From contig JBHHYI010000083.1 in assembly GCA_046757525.1 (NCBI GenBank), forward strand, positions 1 to 18,576: a stretch of DNA of 18,576 nt. Direction: 5' to 3'. The DNA is from a bacterium (GTDB taxonomy: Bacteria > Zhuqueibacterota > Zhuqueibacteria > Oceanimicrobiales > Oceanimicrobiaceae). This document shows positions 1 to 7,639 of this stretch, in pieces. Under the pieces are notes generated by a model. The model worked only from the letters and a program-made list of their open reading frames with translations. It had not been told where the DNA came from and made no database searches. The translations under genes were made by a program, and so were the position numbers. How positions within the stretch are numbered: position 1 is the first letter of the stretch; each line of letters starts with the position of its first letter.

Positions 1-100
1 TGAGTAGTCCCGACCGCTTTTTGGTCGGGACATATCGAAGGGCGACGCCCGTCACCCCTCGATACCGTCACCTGAACAGCGGTGACCTACTCGGGCTGAC
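1..100. repeat. REP-like palindromic element with a four-way junction fold (left end probably truncated by the window)
   Basis: Stem GAGTAG(2-7)/CTACTC(87-92) encloses three hairpins: GTCCCGACC(7-15)/GGTCGGGAC(23-31), TATCGAAGGGCGAC(33-46)/GTCACCCCTCGATA(51-64) and GTCACC(67-72)/GGTGAC(81-86). The TCGAAGGG...CCCCTCGA...CTCGGGCTGAC text resembles intergenic REP palindromes. Confidence 0.6.
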
Positions 101-115
101 TCGCACAGTGCTTTC

Positions 116-140
116 AAGAAACGCTTCGGTCGTTTCTTTC
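116..140 (+). terminator. Hairpin with a cUUCGg tetraloop; possible intrinsic terminator or stabilising stem for an upstream transcript
   Basis: AAGAAACG(116-123)-CTTCGGT-CGTTTCTT(131-138), ending in a T-rich 3' arm (TTTCTTTC). Confidence 0.4.
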
Positions 141-184
141 ATATAAAACTCAATTTACTCAAAGCCACCGGAGTTTTCAAGGTA

Positions 185-793
185 ATGCCTGGCTTAAATC
201 TCTTTGGGATTCATTCCTCTTACGCTGAAAACGATTATGGTCAATTATTTTATGCGTTGGCCAGAATACTTAAGCCTTCCCTGGTGGTAGAGCTTGGAAC
301 CTATATGGGATACAGTGCCTTGCACTTCGCTGCCGCCATGCGCGACAATACCTCCGTGAACAGCGAGCTTCACATGATCGATTTGTGGGAAGCCTATTCG
401 TATCGGCGCTGCACTAAAAACGTCACCATGGAGCATTTCAGACACTCTGAGCTGCTCGGCGTGAACAACTTGAAGCTCGAATTCATAAACGCCGACGCTG
501 AGCAATCCTGGACGAACTACGAAGACGACAGCATCGATATTCTTCATGTGGACCTGTCGAATGATGGCCGGTCGCTGAACCGATGTCTTCAAGCGTGGTC
601 GCCCAAACTCAACCGTGACGGGCTGTTGCTTTTTGAAGGAGGCTCACAGGAACGAGACCGTATCGATCGGATGGTCAAATACCAAAAATCTCCTATTCGG
701 GATTTCATTGACTCCCATTGGTTCACGGACCATTTTGAGGCCGTGACCCTGGCGCCCTTTCCATCGTTAACCATCTCGAGGCTAAAGAAATGA
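185..793 (+). CDS. Class I SAM-dependent methyltransferase (Methyltransf_24-like, probable sugar O-methyltransferase)
   Basis: Motif I VVELGTYMGYSA, acidic IDLWE strand, later IDILHVD and GLLLFEG; its stop overlaps the next start (ATGA at 790-793). Confidence 0.85.
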   Translation: MPGLNLFGIHSSYAENDYGQLFYALARILKPSLVVELGTYMGYSALHFAAAMRDNTSVNSELHMIDLWEAYSYRRCTKNVTMEHFRHSELLGVNNLKLEFINADAEQSWTNYEDDSIDILHVDLSNDGRSLNRCLQAWSPKLNRDGLLLFEGGSQERDRIDRMVKYQKSPIRDFIDSHWFTDHFEAVTLAPFPSLTISRLKK

Positions 794-1908
794 TACCACT
801 CCACAAGGTGTTCATGCCAGCCAACATAGAAGAAGTAATCAACCCCCTGAGGGAAGTTCTTAGCAGCGGCTGGATTGGTGAAGGTAACCAAGTCTTGAAA
901 TTTGAAAGGTGTTTGCAGGAATACTTAGGGGTGGAGCATGTCACGGCTTTGAATTCAGGCACTTCCGCGCTGCAGTTGGCTCTCAGGTTGTGCGGTGTTG
1001 GCATTGGTGACGAGGTGATCACGACACCCATGACCTGTATGGCTACCAACGAACCCATCGTTCTCACCGGCGCAACACCGGTTTGGGCAGACATCGACCC
1101 GGCCACCGGCAACATCGACGTCGATGGGATTCGCAAGAAAATCAGTACTCGCACCAAAGCCATCATGATGGTGCACTGGGGTGGGTATCCATGCGACATC
1201 GAAGAGATCAATCAGTTGGCCCGGGAATATGGTCTCAAGGTGATCGAAGATTCTGCTCATGCTCTGGGATCGGTTTATCAGGACAAACTCATTGGAAACT
1301 ACTCAGATTTTTGCTGTTTCTCCTTTCAGGCCATCAAACACATCACCACGGGTGACGGGGGGCTGCTGGTTTGCAGAAGCGAAAAGGACCACAAGCGGGC
1401 CAGATCTCTGAAGTGGTTTGGCATCGACCGCGAACAGCGCAAAACCAATGCCCTGGGCATCGCCGAATGGGATATCATTGAAGCCGGATACAAATACCAC
1501 ATGAACGATATTGCCGCAACCATCGGTCTGGTGCAACTCCCTTACCTGGCAACGATTCTGGCACAAAGGAGAGAAAACGCTGCTTTCTACCGTGCTGATT
1601 TGGCGGGGCTCCATCGGGTGCAACTGTTGCAAGAACAATCGCAGGACCGCAAGTCATCCTATTGGTTGTTTACACTCAAGGTGGACAATCAGACGCAGTT
1701 CATCGATCATCTGTTTCGGCATGGCATCGCCGCCTCTATTGTGCATGCCAGAAACGATTCCCATTCGATCTTCGCCAATTACAACAACCGGAATCTACCG
1801 GGACTGGACCACTTTTGCAACCACATGGTATGCATCCCGGTTGGCCCCTGGGTTGGAGAACGGGAGCGCCAACACGTCGCTGAGGTGATCAGAAGCGAGC
1901 GCTGGTGA
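790..1908 (+). CDS. DegT/DnrJ/EryC1/StrS family PLP-dependent nucleotide-sugar aminotransferase
   Basis: NSGTSALQLAL, GDEVITTPMT, TKAIMMVHWGG, VIEDSAHALG, FSFQAIKHITTGDGG (PLP-binding Lys), GYKYHMNDIAA. Confidence 0.95.
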   Translation: MIPLHKVFMPANIEEVINPLREVLSSGWIGEGNQVLKFERCLQEYLGVEHVTALNSGTSALQLALRLCGVGIGDEVITTPMTCMATNEPIVLTGATPVWADIDPATGNIDVDGIRKKISTRTKAIMMVHWGGYPCDIEEINQLAREYGLKVIEDSAHALGSVYQDKLIGNYSDFCCFSFQAIKHITTGDGGLLVCRSEKDHKRARSLKWFGIDREQRKTNALGIAEWDIIEAGYKYHMNDIAATIGLVQLPYLATILAQRRENAAFYRADLAGLHRVQLLQEQSQDRKSSYWLFTLKVDNQTQFIDHLFRHGIAASIVHARNDSHSIFANYNNRNLPGLDHFCNHMVCIPVGPWVGERERQHVAEVIRSERW

Positions 1909-1944
1909 CCCTGGTTGCGTCGAATCCTCTAATTGACCGAAGGT

Positions 1945-2772
1945 ATGAAATTTAACATTGTACTGGTTCAACCTGGAGACAATACCGGCTACCCACATGC
2001 GCAATGTTTCACCGAGATCGCTCATGTGCTTCGCTACGGTCTTGAAGATTTGGGACATCAGGTGATCCTCGGCGGACGGTTGTACAAGGATTGTGTCAAC
2101 ATTGTCCTGGGCTACCAATTTTTTTGGGGTAAGAGGCTGCCGGAAGGGTATCGCTATGTCGTCTACCAACTCGAAGAACTTTCCGAAAACGAAGGCTGGT
2201 CGTTGACCATGTTGGAAACCCTCAGATCACCCTGCGTCGTATGGGATTTCAACGAGCAAAATGTCCAATTCCTGGCCGACAGAGGCATTAAAGCCATTTG
2301 CAAGCCTATCGGATACCATCCCAAAATGGAATGGATTGGAAAGGACAAATTGGAAGACGTCGACATTCTTTTTTATGGCTCTCTGAACGACAGACGCAAG
2401 AGAATTCTGAGTCGGCTGCAGAATAAGTTCGATGTCAGAGTGCTGTTTGGCGTCTACGGCAGGGAGCGCGACCAGTGGATCAGTCGTTCGAAAATGGTGC
2501 TGTCCATATACTATTATGAGACCAAATTGTTTGATGATGTGAGGATGTCATATTTGATGAACAACAAAGTGTTCACAATAGTCGAGGATGCCCCCAACAA
2601 GAAATACGAGGACTTGCTGGTCTACGCAGACTACGGCAGTTTGATCGAGTGCTGCGACTATTACCTGCACCATGAAACCCTGAGGAACCAAATTGCTGAA
2701 AAAGCTTACCATGGGTTCAAGCAATACCCTGAGGTCGAATTTCTGCAACAGGCACTTTCTTTGAGTTTTTGA
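1945..2772 (+). CDS. Glycosyltransferase-like protein (GT-B C-terminal domain, Glyco_trans_1_2/CgeB-like)
   Basis: DVDILFYGSLNDRRKRIL, VLFGVYGRERDQWISRSKMVL and CDYYLHHETLRNQIAEKAY resemble GT-B C-terminal halves. ATG at 1945 preferred over TTG at 1933; start uncertain. Confidence 0.6.
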   Translation: MKFNIVLVQPGDNTGYPHAQCFTEIAHVLRYGLEDLGHQVILGGRLYKDCVNIVLGYQFFWGKRLPEGYRYVVYQLEELSENEGWSLTMLETLRSPCVVWDFNEQNVQFLADRGIKAICKPIGYHPKMEWIGKDKLEDVDILFYGSLNDRRKRILSRLQNKFDVRVLFGVYGRERDQWISRSKMVLSIYYYETKLFDDVRMSYLMNNKVFTIVEDAPNKKYEDLLVYADYGSLIECCDYYLHHETLRNQIAEKAYHGFKQYPEVEFLQQALSLSF

Positions 2773-2776
2773 ACCG

Positions 2777-3943
2777 ATGAATGCTGGTGCTTCCGTCATT
2801 ATTGTAACGTACAATTCCGCACAAACCATACGGACTTGCCTGGTTAGCGTGGCGAACACAATTCGACCAGAGGATGAAGTCCTGATCATCGACAATAACT
2901 CCAGCGACAACACCGTGGAAATCATCGCACAAGTTCAATCCGAGCTCAAAACGAAATTCCAATGTTTGTTGCAAGACAAGAACCAGGGGTTCTCCAAAGG
3001 ATGCAACATTGGCATCGCAAAGTCAACCGGGGAATTCATCATTCTGCTCAACCCCGACACAGAAGTTTTCGGCGGCTGGATTGAACGGTTGACCGCTCAT
3101 TTTCGGTATTACAAATTCACCGGCGCGGTTGGACCGCTTTCCAATTACACCATTCGAAGTCAGCACATCCTAACTTATTTTCCGGACTATTCAGCTTACC
3201 TGCAAGACGCACAGAAGCTCATAGAAACGCTCTACCAGAGATTTCGAAACCGCAGCATTCCTGCTAAACTGCTTATTGGATTCTGCATGGCACTCAGGAG
3301 GGACCTGGTGGAAGGCATTGGCGGTTTGGACGAAGACATCTTCCTTGGGGACGACGACCTGGAGATTTCCTGGCGCTTCCGGGAGCAAGGCTACCAGCTT
3401 CGAGTGGCTTTGGATGTGTTCATCAACCACGTTGGACAGAGCAGTTTTGACACCTTGCCTAAAATAGAAACCGAAGAGATGGTGCGACAAGGCTCAGACG
3501 CATTATTTGAAAAAATGAGAAAGCACTATTCCCCGAATAAAGTTCCCCACCCACAAGACTATTTTGGCATTGGCTGGTGGAGCCCCTCGATTCTGAAAGA
3601 GCACAAGGCGGAAGAGGTCTTCTCACCTAAACTAACCCACCGGGATTACAACGAACTCACGCAAAAGACAAAAAGATTGCTGCGCCAGGGTAAGCACAAA
3701 GAGGCTGCTAAGCTACTTGAACAAGCGCTGAAGCTCTATGTGAACGATTTCGTCCTGTGGTATACCCTGGGATCCATTTACCTGATTCTGCAAGAATATG
3801 AACAGGCAGAGTTTGCCTTGAAGAATGCCTGGTCGTTGGATTTCAACACCAGGATGGCGACAACGAAACTGCTCGAGCTGGTGGCACGAAAAAGACAAGA
3901 AACTGAAGAAGAGGCATCAACAACTCAGGCAATGGTGTTATAG
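2777..3943 (+). CDS. GT2 family glycosyltransferase with C-terminal TPR-like region
   Basis: SVIIVTYNS, IIDNNSSDNT, NQGFSKGCNIG, IILLNPDT, GGLDEDIFLGDDDLEISWR; C-terminal KHKEAAKLLEQALKL...LWYTLGSIYLILQEYEQAEFALKNAW. Confidence 0.92.
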   Translation: MNAGASVIIVTYNSAQTIRTCLVSVANTIRPEDEVLIIDNNSSDNTVEIIAQVQSELKTKFQCLLQDKNQGFSKGCNIGIAKSTGEFIILLNPDTEVFGGWIERLTAHFRYYKFTGAVGPLSNYTIRSQHILTYFPDYSAYLQDAQKLIETLYQRFRNRSIPAKLLIGFCMALRRDLVEGIGGLDEDIFLGDDDLEISWRFREQGYQLRVALDVFINHVGQSSFDTLPKIETEEMVRQGSDALFEKMRKHYSPNKVPHPQDYFGIGWWSPSILKEHKAEEVFSPKLTHRDYNELTQKTKRLLRQGKHKEAAKLLEQALKLYVNDFVLWYTLGSIYLILQEYEQAEFALKNAWSLDFNTRMATTKLLELVARKRQETEEEASTTQAMVL

Positions 3944-3944
3944 C

Positions 3945-4973
3945 ATGAAGCTCATCGGTTTAACCCGCGTCAGAAATGTGGAGCATATCATCGTGGACAC
4001 TTTGAACCATTTTTCACGATTCTGCGATGGCGGAATATACGTTTACGATGACGTTTCCACCGATGCCACGGCCCAGTTGTGCAAACAGGGCAAACATGTT
4101 GTCGACGTTTTAATTGGTGAGCATTGGGACGCGAACCGGGAGCGAGCCGAATTCGAAAATCGTCAGGCAGTCCTGACCAGGGCACAGGCCGACGCCGCGC
4201 CGGAAGATTGGTTTCTCTATTTTGATGCAGACGAACGGATCGAATATGATTTCAAACACCTGCGCGTTCCTCAGGTAGATGCCGTGGCTATGCGTTTGTT
4301 TGATTATTACATAACGCCAGAAGATGTCGACTTGCCCTATTCGCAACGTCGGTGGATTGGCCCGGAATTCCGAACCATCGTCATGCTATATCGGAATTCG
4401 CCACACCTCCTGTTTCACCTGCCGGACCAAAGGGAAGCCAGCCTGAAGCCCAACGCCAGGATAGTTATCGACGGATATGTGCGGCATTACGGCAAGGCCT
4501 TTTCGGTGCAGAAGTGGGAAGAAAAGTGTCAATACTACTCTGAACATTTCCCCAAGTACGCTGAAAAATGGGAAAGAAGAAAGGGCAAAGCCGTGCATAG
4601 GAATTATGAGTCCGATTTCGGCAATCCGCTAATTCTATGGGAAGAGAAAGAGCAAAAGGGCTTCCCCCTGGTCGATCCGGGCAGCCCTGCGGTGCAGGAC
4701 GCAAGAATGGAACCCATGGCCGGCACTGTGCTGGAAAAGCTGCGCGGCGCAGAGGCACGGGAATCGGGCATTGTGCAGGCTCAGATCGATGGCTGCGGGA
4801 ACCTGACAATCTGGGTGGCACCGGCCTGGCAGCTCTTGCACCGCGATGTGCTGTTTGATTTCTTAACCTCCATTGGCCAGGCAACCCTATGCAATGCCGT
4901 GCAACTTCGTAGCATCCACGACAACAGGCGCATTGCGACCTTGAACCAGGCAGGCATAAAAGATGACCGTTAA
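3945..4973 (+). CDS. GT2-like glycosyltransferase (Glyco_tranf_2_4-like) with an extra C-terminal domain of unknown function
   Basis: Start reassigned to ATG 3945, 1 bp after the previous stop. MKLIGLTRVRNVEHII, IYVYDDVSTDAT, DWFLYFDADERI (DxD), VRHYG. Confidence 0.85.
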   Translation: MKLIGLTRVRNVEHIIVDTLNHFSRFCDGGIYVYDDVSTDATAQLCKQGKHVVDVLIGEHWDANRERAEFENRQAVLTRAQADAAPEDWFLYFDADERIEYDFKHLRVPQVDAVAMRLFDYYITPEDVDLPYSQRRWIGPEFRTIVMLYRNSPHLLFHLPDQREASLKPNARIVIDGYVRHYGKAFSVQKWEEKCQYYSEHFPKYAEKWERRKGKAVHRNYESDFGNPLILWEEKEQKGFPLVDPGSPAVQDARMEPMAGTVLEKLRGAEARESGIVQAQIDGCGNLTIWVAPAWQLLHRDVLFDFLTSIGQATLCNAVQLRSIHDNRRIATLNQAGIKDDR

Positions 4974-5016
4974 TGATAATCTGGAAACGCTCTATTAGAT
5001 AAGTCAGATTGCAACC

Positions 5017-6675
5017 ATGTTTATCGTGCAACTCTATTCAGGGCAATCTACAACCTCGGGTGATTTCGTCTATCGCATCGAACAGCCGGGCAAAGGTCTG
5101 TCCTCTGTCGAGGGGGTACAGGCTGCAAATTTAGATTTGCTGGACTTGCCGGACATTTCGGTCCTAACCAAAGTCCCTGTTCTGATTCTGCACCATTTGT
5201 CTGACCCGGATTTGCTTCCTGTCGTAGCAGAACGCCGCAGGAGAGGGCTGCTAACGATCTATGAATTGGCCGACAACTTTCGCTTTTCCGGGGAACACTT
5301 GCCCCAGGCCAAACGAAGAGGGCCGCCTGAATACCACGTTGTCATGGAAGAGCTACTTCGGCGTTGCCACGCCGTTCAAACCACAGGACCCGCGTTAAGA
5401 GATCGGTACCAAAATCTGAACAGGAACTTTCTTATTTTTCCCAACCTCGTAGATGCGGTCCACCGAGGCAGGAGAGAGGCTTCGATCTCAAAAAAAGTCA
5501 CCATAGGGTGGGGAGGCTCTGCACGCCATTTCTCAGACCTCGCTCACTATGCCGATGCACTATGCGCGTGGATCCTGAGAAATCCTGAAACCCGACTGGC
5601 CATCATGGCAACGGAAAAGATCCAGCGGCTGTTCTCAAACCTTCCCCGCAGCCAGGTGGCGTTGTATAGGCCAGGCAAGCTGACGGACTATTTTTCTTTC
5701 TTAGATGCTTTGGACATCGGGGTCGCGCCTCTTTTGCCAACTGAGTTCAATGCTTGTCGCTCGGATGTCAAGTATCTGGAATGTGCCTTGCGCCAGGTCG
5801 TGCCCTTATGCAGCCGTTTTGGACCCTACACAGAGATTGGGAGGGAGGGTGAGAACATCTTGCTGTTCGGTGAGGCTGCGGAACTAACGGAACAGTTGGA
5901 CCGCCTGCACAGCAATCCCCAACTTGGGAGAAGAATAGCGTTGCAGGCCAAACAATGGGTTGAGAGAAACCGGCTCAACAGGCGGCAAGTCTGGGAGCAA
6001 AGAGTGAAAACCTACAGGAAGCTGTTCAATCAGGTGCACAAAGGCCAGCGAATCGAAAGTGCTCGTGTTGGGGAATTCTCTAATGCCCGGGCGGGCACAT
6101 TGCTGCGTCGGGCCTTAAACGCCTCAAATCCCAAAACAGCCTATGTCTTGCTAAAAAGGGCTGTCGCAGCCTTTCCCAGCAATTATCAGGTTCACTATTT
6201 TTTCGGCTGGGCATCTTATGGTCTGGGTCAGACCCGTGAGGCGATTGCAGCGTTGGAGCGCGCCTGCCAACTCTGCCCGACTTCAATTCGTTCCTTACAG
6301 CTCTTGACCAGAATGTTGATTACGCTGAAAGATTTCAACTCCGCGCTGCACATGGCGGAGCGGGCTTTGGAGCTCGAACCGGAGCTCCCCACGCTGCTGA
6401 CCCTCAAAGCGATTAGTTTACAGCTTCAGAATCGGCACCAGGAGGCGAAAGAGACGCTGGAGCCGTGTTTACGAAAGGCCCCCAAACTGGTAGAAGCTGA
6501 GATAGCTTACGCCCGTTCGGCGATTGAGCTACATAAGTTCCAAGACGTCCGTCGCAGCCTGAACAGGTTGCTCAGGTTGGCACCGGAGTCGCCGGTGACG
6601 GCATCGCTGAGGCTTTTGGTGTCCAAGAGAGAAAGTAGGACGGTCGATCCACTGAGACATCTTAACGCGTACTGA
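5017..6675 (+). CDS. GT-B (GT4-like) glycosyltransferase with C-terminal TPR repeats
   Basis: IYELADNF, VTIGWGGSARH, LDIGVAPLLPTEFNACRSDVKYLE; the C-terminal ~190 aa carries TPR-like units (AIAALERACQLCP, MAERALELEP, RLLRLAPESP). Confidence 0.85.
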   Translation: MFIVQLYSGQSTTSGDFVYRIEQPGKGLSSVEGVQAANLDLLDLPDISVLTKVPVLILHHLSDPDLLPVVAERRRRGLLTIYELADNFRFSGEHLPQAKRRGPPEYHVVMEELLRRCHAVQTTGPALRDRYQNLNRNFLIFPNLVDAVHRGRREASISKKVTIGWGGSARHFSDLAHYADALCAWILRNPETRLAIMATEKIQRLFSNLPRSQVALYRPGKLTDYFSFLDALDIGVAPLLPTEFNACRSDVKYLECALRQVVPLCSRFGPYTEIGREGENILLFGEAAELTEQLDRLHSNPQLGRRIALQAKQWVERNRLNRRQVWEQRVKTYRKLFNQVHKGQRIESARVGEFSNARAGTLLRRALNASNPKTAYVLLKRAVAAFPSNYQVHYFFGWASYGLGQTREAIAALERACQLCPTSIRSLQLLTRMLITLKDFNSALHMAERALELEPELPTLLTLKAISLQLQNRHQEAKETLEPCLRKAPKLVEAEIAYARSAIELHKFQDVRRSLNRLLRLAPESPVTASLRLLVSKRESRTVDPLRHLNAY

Positions 6676-6693
6676 AGCAATATTTGTGCTGCC

Positions 6694-7632
6694 ATGAAAA
6701 AAGCCATCATAGTATTAGGCATGCATCGAAGCGGGACTTCCCTGGTTGCCGAGTTGGTGCACCGGTGGGGAGCCTATGCCGGCAATGACACCCAACTGAT
6801 GCAAGCAGATGAATGGAATCAACAAGGCTATTGGGAGTATTTGCCTTTAGTTCACTTCAATAATGAGCTGCTTTTCAGCGTTAGATCAAACTGGTTCGTC
6901 CCCCCCTGGAGCGACGAAATGTTAGCGCGACAAGCCTCACAACCTGAGTACAGCAAAAAGGCACGGCAACTGATGTCCGGGATGGAACTGGGAGGTAGGA
7001 CCTGGTTCTGGAAAGACCCACGCCTGACGATCTTATTGCCTTTTTGGAAAGCCATCTGGGACGATGTCCTGTACGTCATTCCTGTCCGCAAACCCTCAGA
7101 TATCGCTGCATCGCTTCAGAGAATACAGGGCTTCCCTACGTCTGCCTCGCTCCTGTTGTGGCAAGATTATATGCTGTCCATTCTGAGGAATACAGAGTGT
7201 CACACTGACAAGATGTTCCTGGAATATGAAACTCTTCTACAACATCCATCTAAGCAGTGTGAACAACTTTCCCTGTTTCTAACGCAACGCACCGGAATTG
7301 GTGAAAACGCTCGTCAGAGAACCGCGATGATGGCTGACGCCATTACACCAAATCTAAGACATCACAAAGACACTGTTTCTTTTCAGGACATGCCGCTTGC
7401 TACCAGGCATCAGAAGGCGCTTTACAGGTTTTTGCAGAAGAAAGTCACAGATCCCAATGAAAAGCCAGATTTCCCCAGCTTTGATCTTTATCAAGGGTGG
7501 AGAGAATACCTGCAAACATTGTATTCATTGATTCACATGCGGTCGCGGCTGAACAAAGTCGCAAAAGAGAAGGAAAGGGTGCTGAAGGAGAAAGCACAAT
7601 TGTTACAAACCCTGGAACAAATCAGAAAATAG
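6694..7632 (+). CDS. Sulfotransferase family protein (P-loop, PAPS-dependent type)
   Basis: 5'-phosphosulfate-binding loop IIVLGMHRSGTS, NQQGYWE, WFWKDPR, 3'-PB-like VRKPSDIAASL and LEYETLL; short charged helical C-terminal tail. Confidence 0.85.
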   Translation: MKKAIIVLGMHRSGTSLVAELVHRWGAYAGNDTQLMQADEWNQQGYWEYLPLVHFNNELLFSVRSNWFVPPWSDEMLARQASQPEYSKKARQLMSGMELGGRTWFWKDPRLTILLPFWKAIWDDVLYVIPVRKPSDIAASLQRIQGFPTSASLLLWQDYMLSILRNTECHTDKMFLEYETLLQHPSKQCEQLSLFLTQRTGIGENARQRTAMMADAITPNLRHHKDTVSFQDMPLATRHQKALYRFLQKKVTDPNEKPDFPSFDLYQGWREYLQTLYSLIHMRSRLNKVAKEKERVLKEKAQLLQTLEQIRK

Positions 7633-7639
7633 CCAAAAC

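Noticed and set aside
1..100. tRNA suggested by the cloverleaf shape
   Set aside because: Arm lengths do not fit a tRNA, and I see no TTCRA T-loop in the right position, 7-nt anticodon loop or CCA end on either strand.
790..1908. Specific assignment (pseC, legC, perA, vioA)
   Set aside because: DegT subfamilies cannot be separated by eye, and the partner dehydratase or synthase genes are not in the window.
3825..3944. N-terminal extension of the GT2 ORF as given in the track
   Set aside because: It overlaps the previous gene by about 120 bp and looks non-coding; the GT2 fold starts at MKLIGL (3945).
4465..5031. 188-aa minus-strand ORF
   Set aside because: Arg/Pro/Cys-rich shadow of a GC-rich + strand gene with no recognisable motif.
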